Below are positions 35,658 to 50,377 of a stretch of DNA of 64,000 bases, piece after piece. A program made the position numbers and the translations under genes. The notes beneath the pieces are model-generated. The model worked only from the letters and a program-made list of their open reading frames with translations, had not been told where the DNA came from and ran no database searches. Source of the stretch: Isurus oxyrinchus (lineage: Eukaryota); assembly GCA_026770705.1 (NCBI GenBank), contig JANJGN010000056.1, forward strand, positions 1,364,001-1,428,000, read 5' to 3'. Position 1 is the first letter of the stretch. Each line of letters starts with the position of its first letter.

Positions 35658-38600
35658 CTGCAAGGAAAGGTAATAAACAATAAAAAGCTATATCACTTTG
35701 GTACCAAAGTTGCCAGTATGATTGAGATGCGATGGAGATGTGTTACAGCAGCCTCCGGTGCATTGAAATGAACGGTCCAGAAACAAGGTATAAAATATGA
35801 CTGTGATATCGTGGAAGGCAGCATATATTAAATGGTTAAAATAAGGAGGTGGGAATAAGGTGGAGATGGGAGTTTGCGGGAGAACGGGAATATTTGCGAG
35901 ACAAAGAAGGAAAGGAGTAATCGGGGGATAATAGGTGCACTTAGCAATGATAGAGGCGCATGGAGTGGCGGGCGAGGGTGCCCATTACGGGTGGTACCCA
36001 TGGTTGATGCTGGAACTCATGTGTGAGAGGGGAGATGCGTTTGAGTGAGCGTAGCCAGAGGACATGACTGTGTTAAAGGAAAGAAGTGAAACGGGGTAAT
36101 TTATTATTTTGCGCAACATATCTTCTGACAGGAAGGCTATGCAGTTATCAGATGGAATGTTTCCTCTCTCCACTGATGTTATTTTAAGAATTTCGAAGAG
36201 AGCTTTCTTGCGAACTATCATTTTCAAATTAAATGATAAACGACTGTTTCTTACAAAATACGAAATACAAATATAATTATCACGTACACCACAAACACTC
36301 ACACACCCTCACACATAAATGATAATTTGCAGAAATGCAGCGCATAATTAAATTATTTTGAGTGTAGTACAGGAACAGCTCATTCCTTAATTTGCTTAAT
36401 GTGCTGGTTGTAACCATCAAAGGACTGAAATGTTCATTCCTCAGTGATTGAAGACAAATTGAGTTTTTAAATATCTGGCTTTTAGTCTACAGTGTGGTCG
36501 AGCCTCTGTATTGAAGAAATGTGCCAACATGTATAGCCTATCAGCCTCTTTAAGTGCCTGAAATCTTCAAAAAATGTCTCTTAATAAAAGGTTATTTTGA
36601 AGTGTTCCTATTATCAGCAACCGTCTCCCTGTCCTTCGATCTTGGTATTGGATTCCCATTGTCCAAATACTAAAATTTACATTGTGTACAATTTCAGAAA
36701 ATGAAGTTATGTGCAAACTGGATTCTTAGTGGGCACATCTAGACAACCTGTCAAAGGCGAAAGCATCCAGGATATATCTTACCACAATCTCCTCTTCTCC
36801 TGCGGTGTACTCAGGATTCCTGGTGACAATGCCTGTGTCCTTATGATAGTGATTATATGAAGGATAGAGCAGAACACTGTGACCATGATCACCCGCTCCA
36901 GGGTGAAATGGAGGGTTCACTCCCAACGGTTCAGGAATCAGAAGCTTTTCTTTCCCACAATGGCAGGCTGATCCAAAATGCTCTGTGCGACTCCATTGCT
37001 CTTGGTATTGAGGTGTGATGTTCACCTGCTTGGTTGCAGGTAGGGAATGGTGAAGTTGTGATTTTTTGATCTATGTACCGATGGGGCAGCCTTCATCTCC
37101 GAAAAGCCATTGCGTGGTTCTCTATAGAGCTACGGGGATGCTGGAAACGTCCGATGGCTTCAGAATGAAGGTATTGTGGCTCTAGTCAGGATATTGGATA
37201 TTCACCAACATGATGTACTGTGCATAAATATACATCAACTGCACGTGAATGCAGTTAGAATTCTTTAAGAGCCTTTATCTTTGTTCATTCTAATGGGGAC
37301 ACGGCAGATCACGTACGCCATCGGGAATCCCTGTGCCCTGGGTGGCCCTGGGACGGATTATACTTCTTCTCCCTGTTGAGGGAGCAAAAGTACAAACGTG
37401 GCACCCAGTATAGATGTTCTCTGTTAGCTAGCGAATACATAGTTAGACAAAATACTGGGAGATAATTAATATAACACCAGCTATTCTCCTGCATGAACGG
37501 TTCCGAATCCATAGATGTTTCAATGATCATGTGAACTTAATGTCCAAAGACAGCTCCCTCACGCTGGTGTGTGGCCCCAGATCCTGTTGAAGGTGACACG
37601 GGTCTGTAACACCTTATTGTTGTGTCAGAGTTATATCCGTCTCTGAACATGTCTTAGGTGTAGGTTTGTAAAGTGTTCCTGACAATCCAGGGGTCCTTAG
37701 GGCAGTGCAACACCCTTCCCCCCCAAAGAAATTTTAACAGGTGGTCGCCTCCCTATTCATTCCGCTCCTTTCGCTAGTCATGGTACAGGTCCAGGTGCAC
37801 TGTAAAAAACTGCCCCAAATACTCTTCCAAGGTTGGGCCTATAAATCTTCTTTCCTCTCTCAATTTATGCAGCCCTTCACCGCACAGCACCGTGAAAACC
37901 ATCTACAGCACCTCAATGGACGTTGCAATAACAGTAGTCAGTCAAAAGCCCTTCAGCTGACAGTGAGATGTCTCGCCCGTTTCAATTAAACTGGTCAGGG
38001 TACCTCGTGTTGTTTAACAAATATTTAGCTGAGAGTGATAATCACAGGCTTTTGATGGACAGGTACAGTTAGTGTTTCAAAAACATGCATCAAACATGCT
38101 GAAAACCGCTGCACAACATGGGGCACCATGTGTGAGTTTTTGGACATCGGATTGATTGGAGAAGATAGATTCAATTGTGATCAAATCACAGGTTTGGGAA
38201 TTTTGAAATTGATGGGTTGAAAGACCTGGAAGCATTCTTGGCCCTTGAGCCAAGGGATAATAGTGGAATGAGATTGGCATGCGTTAGTTTACAAAGATCA
38301 GACTTTTGTATGGGGTATGTTTTAAGAACGTTTCTAACAGCAATTGTCTGGCCAGATTAACATTTTAATAGCAGAGTCTGGCTTGGACAAATGCACAGCT
38401 GAGGGATCATTCGGGTGATGTGTTGATTCAGCGAGGATAGTGGGTGAGGCAAAAGAGCTGGTAGAAAACACGCCCGAGGATAGAAAGGGTATGGGCTCAC
38501 ACATCAGCTCAGGTCCAAATGGAACGTGGGGGTCGCAGATTCAATGGTTCTGGCTTAAATACTGGTGTGGTAGGCGGCTGGAGCGACTGGATATTGAACG

Positions 38601-38715
38601 ATCATTCAAACGGGAACAGTAGCAAATGACTTCCATCTTCCTGAAATGGAAAAGACAGTAACAGTAATGCAGTCAATCTGGTTTAAAGAACAGATTGTTG
38701 CATGTACTTTCTTAC

Positions 38716-38890
38716 CGCTGACACCAACAAGAGCCAGGATGGGAAAGTAACCAACTTGGATTACCGAAATTACACCCTTGATCCTTTCAGCTAATGACAT
38801 CCGATCTTGAGAAAGGTAGTAAAGCCCCGAGGATAAACTCCTGTCAATTTTTGTAAAATTCCAAGATTTTGTTCTAAGATTCTGATTCAT
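38716..38890 (-). pseudogene. GPR139-like GPCR copy 2, exon 1 (open, 175 nt)
   Basis: MNQNLRTKSWNFTKIDRS...YFPILALVGVS with donor G|gtaaga at 38716/38715. Confidence 0.85.
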
Positions 38891-40326
38891 TGTTGTCACG
38901 TTCCAATCTATTATTCTCAGGCTCTGATGTTTTCTCTCCCCCTCTCAGGAGTCGCTGATCCTTGCGACTGCTGAATGCGACTGTCCCCCTGACATTCGGG
39001 GACAGCACTTTGAAATGAGCCCCGTATAAATAGCAGAGTGAAACCCTCCTGTGACACAATTAGGATCCAGGAAGATTGAAGTTAATTACAGGGACTGAAC
39101 AAACCGGTTCAGTTAACGCCTTGCATTCCAAAAAGTTTTGTATCAAACATTGTAGGACAATTACTTGGCGTGGATGGGATGTATGTTGGTCGCTAAGGGA
39201 TGGAAGGCTGCGAATAGAGGTTTGACTGACCATGACATGTAAATGCACCTTGGAGTGATATCCGAGGACAGGACGGTTTTAAGTGTTCCAAGCTGTGTAC
39301 AAAAGCAGATTTACAAAGCAGAATGGAAGCTGGATTGCTGACCTCTTTTAAAAAATAATTTATTTTGAATGCGTGGGTTCCTTACTGAAACAGGTTCACA
39401 GGAACCTTATTTGATTTTGCAAGATTCACAAAAAAATGTAATTAATCATGGACATATTACACCAGGCAACCATATATTTGGTAAGTTTTCATTACAGAGA
39501 CATCGAAATAAGTGGCAGAAACTCACGCTGACCCTTTCATCCTACTAAAGCCCTTATTAACCCAGGAGCCCAGCGGCCAGGCACCATTAATTTTGCACCA
39601 GGAACAACGTTTGTTCAGTGGTAAAGAAGTTGATTTTCCAGTGGTTTTCTGAATATTCACTAGAAGCAATTGCACAATTAGTATATCCCTTTAGATATCC
39701 AGAACACTCAATCTAAGTTCAACACTGCTTTATTGTTAGAGGATTATCCACGAGTTCTTTAAGAATCTGGCATCATGCCCAGTTGGAGAGAGTCTGAGGC
39801 CTTTTCGTCAAGTCTTGACTCATTGGCAAACTGAAATTGCAAGGTCATAGGCTCCTTGTCTTTATGTATCTGTGCAGCTCCCCCTGATCACAAGTTGCGA
39901 GTCAGCAACACAGTTTTATTTCCTACTTCTTGTTTTAGATTTGACTTCACTAAATACCCAAACCCTTTAGTAGCCAATCTCTTAATTTCAAGATTTGTAA
40001 TGCAATCATTAAAATGTATGCATTCAAACACTGCCGCAGGCTGGCCGGCTTAATGTCGCCAAAATCCAAAGTGAAAACAAATCCAGGCTTCACATTACAA
40101 ATACAATTGTAGCTTGCAAAAAATTAAATCGAGTTCCCATCATTTACCCCATCAAAGGATAAGAATTGAAAAAGGTAGCTTTAAGAGACATTTTCATTTC
40201 CCGTTATCCTCTCCTCTCGTCACTAAATCTATCTCATCTTACAGCTTTTACAATAGCTGTAATTATGTTCTGACAGCAAATATGCAAGTATTTTCCATAA
40301 GAATCATATTCTATACTAGTCCATTT

Positions 40327-42930
40327 TAATTATGGCGTTCTTCTTCCTCCATAATTGCTTTTTAGAAAGTATCTGTTGTTACATTGTAACTTCCAGCGAA
40401 ATGGCTGAGTTTTTCATTGGAAGAGAGTGGCCTTACACTCAACCAAAATAGTATTGGTTTCTTATTCTGAACTTTTCTAGGAAGGATATTGGATTCTGAT
40501 CCTTATAAAATAATAATTTCTGCAGAACGTTTGGATGAGTAGACATGTTGTGCAGCCAGCACTATATTTAGATTATCCTTCTCACTTCTGAGTATTTCCC
40601 CTGGTAAAAGAAAAAGTACATTTCCAGTAACTTAACAGACTGGCCGTTCAATTCCCGTCCCGTCGCCCTGTGGTAAAACTGCTCCAACACTCACTAGCAT
40701 CAAAAACTAGTTTAAATGGCTTCACACAATGTGATGCTGCTAAAGCTGGTGGAGTGGTGAGTACAGCATTCATGATGCCAAAGGCACTTAGACCATCCTT
40801 TATCCATTCAAATATTTTTGCTTTTCTTTACCGAGGTGAAATTCAGGACAAACTTCCAATAAAATGCATTGATGCCAAGCGACCATAACATCGCTCCATT
40901 ATTCTTAAGCACTGTCAATCCTGGATTACCATATTTTTGCTTTTCTGGAGATCAGTATGCCTTTTCACCAAAATTTGGCCCAAATCAATCACTTTCGTTT
41001 TGGAAAATTCATTTTATGCAAATTTTATGACTAAATTGTATGTTTGTAAATGACCATACACATCATTCAATTGTACACGTTCCCCCCCAAGCTCAGCCTA
41101 ACACAACGATCTTCTCACTATATGTATAGCACAGTTAATAAATCCTTCAAAAACGCTTTTGCTTAAACCTTGAAATGTTACTGTTGCGTTCTTCATTCCG
41201 AAAGGCATGAAATTACGTTAAAAACGCCCATTCGTGATTGCAAAATCTGGTTTTTCTTTGGCCACTTCTGTTAAAGGGACATTTCAGTATCCCTACAATA
41301 AATCATTTTTTTTTTATCAGGAAACTGGCTTGCCCAATCTTTTCAATAAAGTTTTCCAATCCTGGAATAAGATATGGATCCACGAATGTGAATGCATTAA
41401 CGTTGCCATAAACAATGCACAATCATTGTGAGCCATTTCGTTTAGGTGCCTTTATAAGAGGTAAGCTCCATGTGCTGTGACTCGGTTGAATAATGTCATC
41501 CTCGAACATAAACTTCATTGCTTCCTTCGCTTAGATTAACATCCCTGGAATAAACCTGAGTAGAAGTTGATTTATTGGTAACATCCCCAACATTGCAACA
41601 TATAAGGCCAAAGCCGTTTTCCTTGGTCGATCTGTACATTGATTTCCATGAGTTTGTAATAACTTTCATAAGACATCTCGGAATTATTTTCTGAAAGTTA
41701 GCGTAATATGGTCGGGGCATCACGGGTTATCCGGCTTACATTGCTAAATGGAAATCGAAACACTGGAAGATCAAATATTATCTTATTGAATAGTGGAGCA
41801 GGTTCAAGGGACCGATTGTTCTACCGCTGTTATTATTTCTTATGCTCTTATCTAAATTTTAACGGCCTCTGAACTGTTCAATATAACCACTGGAGAGTTG
41901 AGGTTAGAATTTCCGATTTCTGGTTCATTCTCCAAATGGTTTGAGATATTAATTGCTCCCCTTTCTCCTTTCACTAATGGAAACACATTCCTCTCCTGGT
42001 TACCTTCCCAGCCATTATTTGGCTTTAACATATTGACGGGAAACATTCAATTGAATTTCCCCCTGCTTGGAGTGCTTACTAAATCATTCACAGAATTGAG
42101 TTTCTTTGTGACTTGGTAAAGGCCGATGAACCTTGCTTTTCTCTTTTTACTAGCGAAAAGTCACCACACTCAAACATTTCCTCCAGCAACATTAATTCGA
42201 GTTTTGGAATAGATATTTGCACCTGCTTCCATTGTTTGTGGTGCATTTCTATTTTTACATGTTTTTTGACCGACCCACAGGGCTTGGTTAGTTTTTCCCC
42301 AGCAATTTGACACGTTGGTCAAATGTGACGTCTCGGAACTTTGGTTGATAAATTTCCCTTCAATTAATTTCACTGGATCTCCTGCCACTTCCTCAAATAT
42401 CAGGTCAAAAGCACTGATTGCTGTGGACTCCTTCTGGGCGTCCCTTAGAAGTACAAATCGAAGGACTTTACCCCCAAAATGGAACATCATTGACAATATA
42501 CTTTAATCGTGGTCTTTGAAGTTAGATTTCGTTTTGCTTAAGTTCCTTATGACTGTGAATAATACGCTGAAGGCTGAAAATATTTTTTTCCTCTCCCAAA
42601 CGTTTCATTTTTTATTTGAATATCTGTGACATAAAATATAAGCCTTGATCTGATTACTTTTCCTGAGGAAACTCACATTTTGTAAAGAAATGAACTGGCT
42701 TTTCCCCTACAATTTTCACCATGATCTTTCTGAAATGCACTGCCACTGGAAATGTTGTTAGAGCTACCATAATTTTTGAAAGACACTCTTTCCCACTTCT
42801 GCTTTAGCTGGGGATCTATTAAGAAAGTGCTAAATGGTTCTGTACAAGCTGGTATTGGACTGAATAAAGGGTGCGCTTTAATTGATGATTGTGGCTTCTC
42901 GACTATTGGCATGTATGTCATGTTTAGCAG
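40327..42930 (-). mobile_element. Decayed Gmr1-like Gypsy pol, copy B
   Basis: Paralog of 9931-12560; ORFs 42673-42921 and 42170-42496 are integrase fragments. Confidence 0.75.
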
Positions 42931-45900
42931 AAACTAACAACATCTTTATAAAACCATGGGAAATAAGATATGTTTCAGCATATTAGCATGTGTTTTCTTA
43001 AAGCACGCATGAACTGCCATTGGAACACCGTAAGCAACTCGTGATGGAACATCCAGTGGATGAACTATTGTAAATTGCTGATTGGCTCATATTTGAGGTG
43101 GCCTCCCTTTCCTCATAAGCACAGCATTTTTAAATAATAACACTCAGGTACTGATTCTGATTCAGGCTCTGATAGGGTGTTATATCAAATGCTCTCAACT
43201 TAGGATCAGCCTGTTGCATTTCTACTAAAGTAGATGGACCGAAATGTCATCCCCATTCTCTTTACATTCTTCAGTTTGCTGCAGTTCCTTCTATGGGTTC
43301 GTATTATTTGGCCAGAGATCAAGCCATGAAGCAGTCAAGACATAATGCAGGGTATTAGTCAAATCGCGCCTGAGCTACTTTCAGTTCCAGTGGGTGTTAT
43401 AACAATCTCAGTGAGGCTACTTTGAACCAGACGTCTCAGAGCCCAAGATAAAATCAATTCCTTAGATAGTGATTTGATACAAAGCTCCAACTGCAGCCTC
43501 TCCTCTCACGAAGTGACTTATTTTGGGTGCAGTCTTCCGAGCCCACTGACGGCGGGTGTGATATGTGGCGGGCATGGTAAATATGGTGGGTCCCACTTCA
43601 AGACACCGTGAATGCAGGTCGCGATCTTCTGCTCAGCCTACCGCTAACGGGCTGCGTTTCTTACCATCGGTCAACGGGAAGCTATTTGCAATGATTAACA
43701 CATAATTTAAAGGGCATCCCTTCAGGTGTATGGAATCCATGTCATCAGTATAGCATAACGACCTATGATGATTTTCTTTAGCTGACAAGTTTACACTGCC
43801 GACATGAACGGATACCACTATTACCCGTTGGGTATGACTACCACTCCAAGCTCATCTGACTACTTCATGTCGAACTATCTTAACAATCCAACAAATCAGG
43901 CTGAAACGTTTGCCCAAAATGAATATCCGCTGAATAGAATATCCTAAAATGGCAACCATTCCTCACAATTAAACAACTAACCTAAGCCCAGCCGATCGAA
44001 GCTCCTCCAGCCCGAACGAACCTGACATTACTGAACACTGCAATTGAACTGACTACACTCAAAAGCTGACCCATTCTCCCAAACCGACATGACTGCCATT
44101 CAGCACTAACTAAATTCTTGTGGCTCCAACCTGAAGAAAGAAACAATCTACTCATCAAAACAATGAAGCAACTATCCGCGACCTGAATAGACTATCCCCC
44201 AATTAAACGCAATTACTTCGATCATCGAGCAGAGCTTTCCCGCAGCTTGGCCTGTCTACATCTCGAGTTGCTGAACAAACACCCGGGCAAAACAAAGTGC
44301 CTCCCACTTCCCCCGACCTGCGTGCCAGCCACGCCAGCAGATCTAATTATCCCACGGCTGAACAGACTTTTCAACACACAAGTCCCAGCTACAAAATGAC
44401 TCTACCCGACTCCATCCAATTTCCCCGACTTCTCTGGATGATAGACTCTGCACAATACATACACCCTCCAGCTGATGAAATCTGCATCGATGTGACTCTC
44501 CCCCAAGTCCAAATAAAATTGTCCCCCGATCACTCACGAGCTATTATCAAACAGGCTTGAATATGGACATGACCAAAGTGACTAGAGCCCCAACGAGAAA
44601 AATAACTCAGATCGAGGCACCACCACAATCCGCCTACATAACCTCCCTCTTCCCAGTTACCACCTGACCCCATTCACCTCACGAAACACCCGAAGCATCC
44701 CGACCTTCCACAGTTTATCCAAATCGCAGTACCGGACCAAATTCACCACTGTCCCCAATAACCTCTTAAAACAACCCGACCTTTTTGCAGGCCAGTTAAC
44801 TACTGCCAGACAAACCTAATAAGATTTCACTCATCCTCGCTGCATTTCCAAACACACACAACCAATTAACCTGACCTGATTAGCCGTTTGAAAGGCCGCA
44901 GTTAAGTCCCGATTTAACAAACTATCCTCTGAGGCTAGACTACTTGCTGACTTGAACGGAGCTGACTACACCTGGCCAACCAACTAACCCATCGAATAAA
45001 TGTAAAACCCAATTGCTTGAATTTCCAACAAAAAGGACTGCTCCTCTGTCCTGACCACACTGATAGATACATCACTAATCTTGACTCGGCCCAACCTTCC
45101 AAAAGCGCAAATTTCTGTAGCTGCGCACCCCAATGATTCCTACACTTATTCTGGCAAGAATTTATTCCTTGACCTCTCTGGCCCCGAATCTTATGAAAGG
45201 AATACACACAGAACATCCAGTGAAAGAAGCACACGCACCCTGAGATAACTTCCCTCATTAATGAGGCTAACCCTCGAAAAGCATTGACACTGCCCTGTGA
45301 CCATACATGAATACCACCATCCCCGGCTTTGCTGGATTACCCACGAACCGATTTACATGCCCTTTCAAACTGACCGACTGCCCCGTCGATCTGAATGGAA
45401 AACCTCCACGAATTGAGCCGAAAGCCCGGACGCAAGCCAATTGCACATCGGCTTCGACATCCCTTACTACCTGATCCGAATATGCAGCAAACAGACATGT
45501 GTATGGAGGACACCACCCACACCTACTCCCCTCAATCCACTTCCCCATATGAATGGCATGGAAAACATGAACAATCTTGGAAACCTGCACCAACCTTTAC
45601 TGAGGAGTTCAATCCTTGCACTTCAGGCATCGCAAGCAATGTTTCATCATGTAAGTAGCCCATTCCGTGCTGCTCCTGGTGCTACATTGCTCCCCTTGAA
45701 CAAGGATGATTAAAAACATAGACAATAGGAGCAGCTATATACCTTTTGGCCCTTCGAGCCTGTCGCATCATCTATATGTTCACATTTCCTCCTCCAAAAT
45801 AATGCCAATGTTCAGCTCTCTCCTCATAAGGTTTGAAGTCTTTAGAGTCTAGAAATCTCCTTTATAGTCTGGAAAACTGTCCACTGTATTGTTAAATATA

Positions 45901-48900
45901 TCCAGTCCATTGGCGCCCGCAGACTTCTTTGGTCAATAAACCCCTAGATTCACCACGCTCTAGGTGGAGAACTTTCTCCTCACCTCAATCCGAAATGGCC
46001 TATCTCTTATCCTGACACAATGACACCTTGCTCCAGATCTCGCAGCTAGAGAGAACATCGTCCTTGCAACAAGTCTGTAAATTTCTGCCGAATTTTATAC
46101 CTTTCAATGATCTAAACTCCAGGGAATGCTGGCCTAGACGCCACAATCTCTCATTATAGGAAAATGCTGCCCTCACATAAATCAGTCAGGTAATGATTCG
46201 CTGCACTCACTCTATGGCAATATTCCCTTTCTTTTGGAAGTTGACAGAAGCACACAAATCAATGAGTGGTCTCACGAATGCCCTCTTGAGATGCAGTAAG
46301 TCATCCTTTCTCCTGCACTCAAGTCTGGCTGTAATGAAATCCAGAATGTCATTTGCCTTCCTAACTGCTAGCTGAACACTGTACACCAGCATTTCCCCGT
46401 TTACCACCATTTAAATAATATTATTGCATTTAGGCTTTTTACTACCGAAGTGGAATATGTCACACTTACCCAAAAAACACTGCATCTGTCATATCTTCGT
46501 CCATTCGCTCAACTTTCTTAAATTGCCTTGAAGCATCTTTAAAACATCCTCACCCCTAACTTTCCCTAATGTTTTGCTGTCAGCAAATTTAGAATTATTG
46601 CATTTTATTCTTCATCAAAGTCTTTGATGTGTAATGTGTAATGCTTGGACTCATTCACTGGTACATCCTGTATCAATTTAGGCTATGCCTGCCATTCCAG
46701 AAAAAAAATAACACTAATATCAATTTTCTGCTTTCGGTCTGTAAAGTATTCTCAACCATGCCAATGTACTGCCTCCAATCAAATGTGCTTTAATTTTGCA
46801 CACTAACCTCCTTTGTGGGACGTTACCAGAAACACTGTGAAAGCCCAAGTGCACCACAGCAATTGTTCTCCCTTATATTTTTAACTGTAACATCTTTTAA
46901 AAATTCCTATTAGGTTTGTAAAAAAATGATTTCCCTTCCAAAAACCCATGATGGCTTCGCCCAGTAATGATGATATTGTCCAATGACCTATTAGCACATA
47001 ATCTATAATAGACTGGAAAATGGTCCCTTCAAGTGATCGTGGCCTGCATGTAATTTTCCGTTTTATTCTTCCCTTCTTGTTTTGAACATAGTGACGTTAC
47101 ATTTGCCACCTTCCAATTCCCGGGACTGTTACCGAATCTGCAAAATTTTAGTAGATGAAAGCTAACACAATCTCTAATTCCATGGCCATTCAGTTAGCAC
47201 CCTGAAATGTAAATGATCACGTCCTGGGGATTTATCAGCTGTCAGTCCAATTGATTTTACAGCGCTGTTTTTCTTTTATTTTTTCCCAGTGCTGATTTCC
47301 TTAAAATGATAGTTCGCGCTGGTTCTTGTTGTTTTTCTGGCATCTCTGGGAAGTTTCTTGTGGTTACTCCTCAAATTAGGGAAATAAAATAGTTACTTAA
47401 ATACTCTGCATTGCCCTATTCTCAGTTATAAATTCTACATTTTCAAACTGTAACGGTCCAACATTTGTCTTCACTAATATTTTTTCATTGTACATGCTTG
47501 TGGAAGATTTTGCACTCCACTATTATGCTTTTGCATGTTTACCTTATACTCTTTACCCTCTATACCATCGCTTGGTTACCCTTCGATAAATTCTAAGCAG
47601 CTCCCAAATTGCTACTTTCTGCTAACAACTTTAACTAACACTTCATTGCTTCTACCACTATCCCTATATACTTTTGTTAGCTGTTGTGGGGCTGCATTTA
47701 CTGCTATTTTTTTCTTATGAAGCCATGAAGGTGAATATAATTGCAGCAATGCACAGATCCAGTTCATAATTATTAAAATATGCCTGAGCACCATGTATTT
47801 TAATGAAGTTACCCAAGTTATCTAATCCAACTAACCGTCTCATATCTTCATAGCTTACTTTGTTTGAATGTATGACTATAGTTTCGTATTGGACTATTAT
47901 ACTTTTCATCCTTATGAAAAATTATATCTCGCTTTAGTCAGCATTCTCTTAAGGACATTGCACGACACGAATATTAGCTTTCTCCTTCTCATGACACGAT
48001 ATCAAATCGAGGATAAACTGCTCCCTGGTTGGATACCCGACGTAATGGTCTAATAAAAAAAGAACTTCGCACACACTCGACAATTCATTCGCCAGTGAGT
48101 CATTGCTGATTGAGTTTGTCCATCAAACATCCATGATTTCTGCAGCATGTGTGTTACATGCATCACTACATTTCAGGTTAACGCCTTTCCTTGCCTTACG
48201 ACTACATTTTGGCGCCTTTAGACAAATCAGCAAACTGTTCTGCACCTTGTCCCTTCTTCGCTACAGCAAGACTAAATCTACATCTAGATTTTTTGAGCCA
48301 ATATCAGTTCTCACAGTTGTACTGATTTCATTCATATCTTGAAGCCCCGCCTCACCTCCTCCTATTTCCCTGCCCGCCCGAAATATCGAAAGCCCTTGGA
48401 TAATCATTTCCCAGCCTTGGAAACCGTGCAGCCCTGTCTCAATCACCGGAATCATATTGTGCACGTCGAAACCGATTTGAGCTGTCAATTTATCTAGCTT
48501 ATTTTAATGCTCCATGCATTCAGGTACAATGCATTAGAGCTGTTTTTTCTAATATTTTTACAGAACCTAATTGCATTTGTCCCTTTTCCCCTCTAACTCT
48601 ATGTTCATTTTCTTACCACATTTCTTTTTTAGTATTCTTTCATTTGCTTCTTTGTTCCCTCTCTTGTTACACACCACTGATGCTCCCATGACCTCGTCAC
48701 CATAATTGTCTGCACCCCTAACCCTCCCCCACCCATCAGGACCTCAAGGAAAATGATTAGCCCTGCAAAGATTTGATTTTGGTCCTGCTTGAGTGCAATT
48801 TGTCCAGCTCATACAAACCTCATCTTCCCAGAATGTGTTCCATTCCCTCAGGAATCTAAATCCCTCCCTGCAATACAATTACTCCATTTGGACATTGAAC

Positions 48901-49619
48901 TGATCTATTCTCCTATACCTGATGTCGATTGCACGTAGCACTGGGTGTTATACTGAGATTACAGTTCTGCTGTTGTTCTGCTTTTTAATTTGTCTACTCA
49001 GCTCCCCATAAGTGCCTTCAGAACCTCTACCTTAGCACATGACGCTGGTACCAATGTGGGACACTACATGTGTTTATTCACCGCTTCCCCCTTTAGAATG
49101 TTGTGCAGCCACTCAGTGACACACTTGCCCCTAACAGCAGGGATGAAACATCCCAACCAGCAGTCATACCTGCGACCACAGAAACGCCTCTCTGTTCACC
49201 TTACGATATAATACCCAGACACTATTGCTCTCTCACTGTTGTTTTTTTTTATCTCTCATTCTCTCACCACACTCTCCCCAAGCTCCCCGTGCTGCTGAAC
49301 CACTCGAGGCGCAATGGACTTGGCTCTCGCTGCGTTCCCCTGAGAAAAGCAACTCCCCAAGCAGTATACAAATAGAAAATCTGTTACAGAGGTGTTTGGG
49401 CCCATTAACTGCCCAGTGCTTTTAATCTGCCTGTGGTAACCAATTGCCTTTCTGCCTGTACACACTTTGACTGTCTTACGACCATCTTATTTTACGGTTT
49501 CCAGGAATAAATGGGCCTTAAGGATGGTCCGCTGCAGCTGCAGTTCCGTAAGGTGGTTTTCGAGAAGCTGTGGCTGGAGACATTTTCTGCACACGTGCTC
49601 ATGACGTGTCCCTATGCAT

Positions 49620-50290
49620 GTTCAGAAAGTAATAGAGAATAATAATAGAATGCGATTTTATATTACAATAGAGCTATGAAATAAATGAAAGGATGTTATG
49701 CTTCAGTTATACAGGGCACTGGTGAGACCCCATCTCGAACATTGTGAGCAGTTTTGTTCCCCTTATTGAACGAAGGCTTTTACGGCATTAGCGGCTGTTC
49801 AGAGGAGCTTCCCTAGATTGGAACCTGGAATGATTGGGTTGTGTTTTGACGGTAGCTTTGAGAGGCTGAGTGTGATACAGCTGGGCTTTAGAAGAGTTAG
49901 GGATTATTTGTTTGAAGTATATAAGTTCCTGAACGGGCTTGACAAGTTTGACAATGAAATAACGTTTAACATTGTGGGTGAGTCCAGAATTATTGGGAAA
50001 TGTTTAAAAATTAGGAACCGCCTTTAAGACAGAGATGAGGAGGTTGTTTTATCCCTCTCAGAGGTTACCTGACTCTGGAACTCTCTGCCTCAGAACGCAT
50101 TGGAGTCTGTCATTGAATGAGTTCAAGGCGAACGTTAATATTTTCTGTTCGGCAATTGAGCCAGAGGTTATCTGGGTCGATGGGAATGTTGAATCATCAA
50201 TACAAACAGAGCAACCAGGTTATTACTGAAAGGTGGAGCGGAAACGAGGGGTCCAACGGCCAAATTCTGCTCCACGTTCATGTGTTCTTT
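49620..50290 (+). mobile_element. 5'-truncated CR1 fragment nested in ORF1 of the larger CR1
   Basis: gatgttatgcttcagttatacagggcactggtgagaccccatctcga (VMLQLYRALVRPHLE) and a CR1-type 3' end at ~50235-50290. Confidence 0.8.
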
Positions 50291-50377
50291 AGATGTGACA
50301 CTGGTCTCCAACGTCGCATGGCCGGAGGAATCCAAGTGGCTGATCGGCCCTGCCATAACCTACCCTTAAATTTATGC

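Larger units (their letters stand above)
30563..43683. repeat. Segmental duplication copy B
   Basis: Paralogous to 1-13272, offset ~30.4-30.6 kb, with scattered substitutions and indels. Confidence 0.95.
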
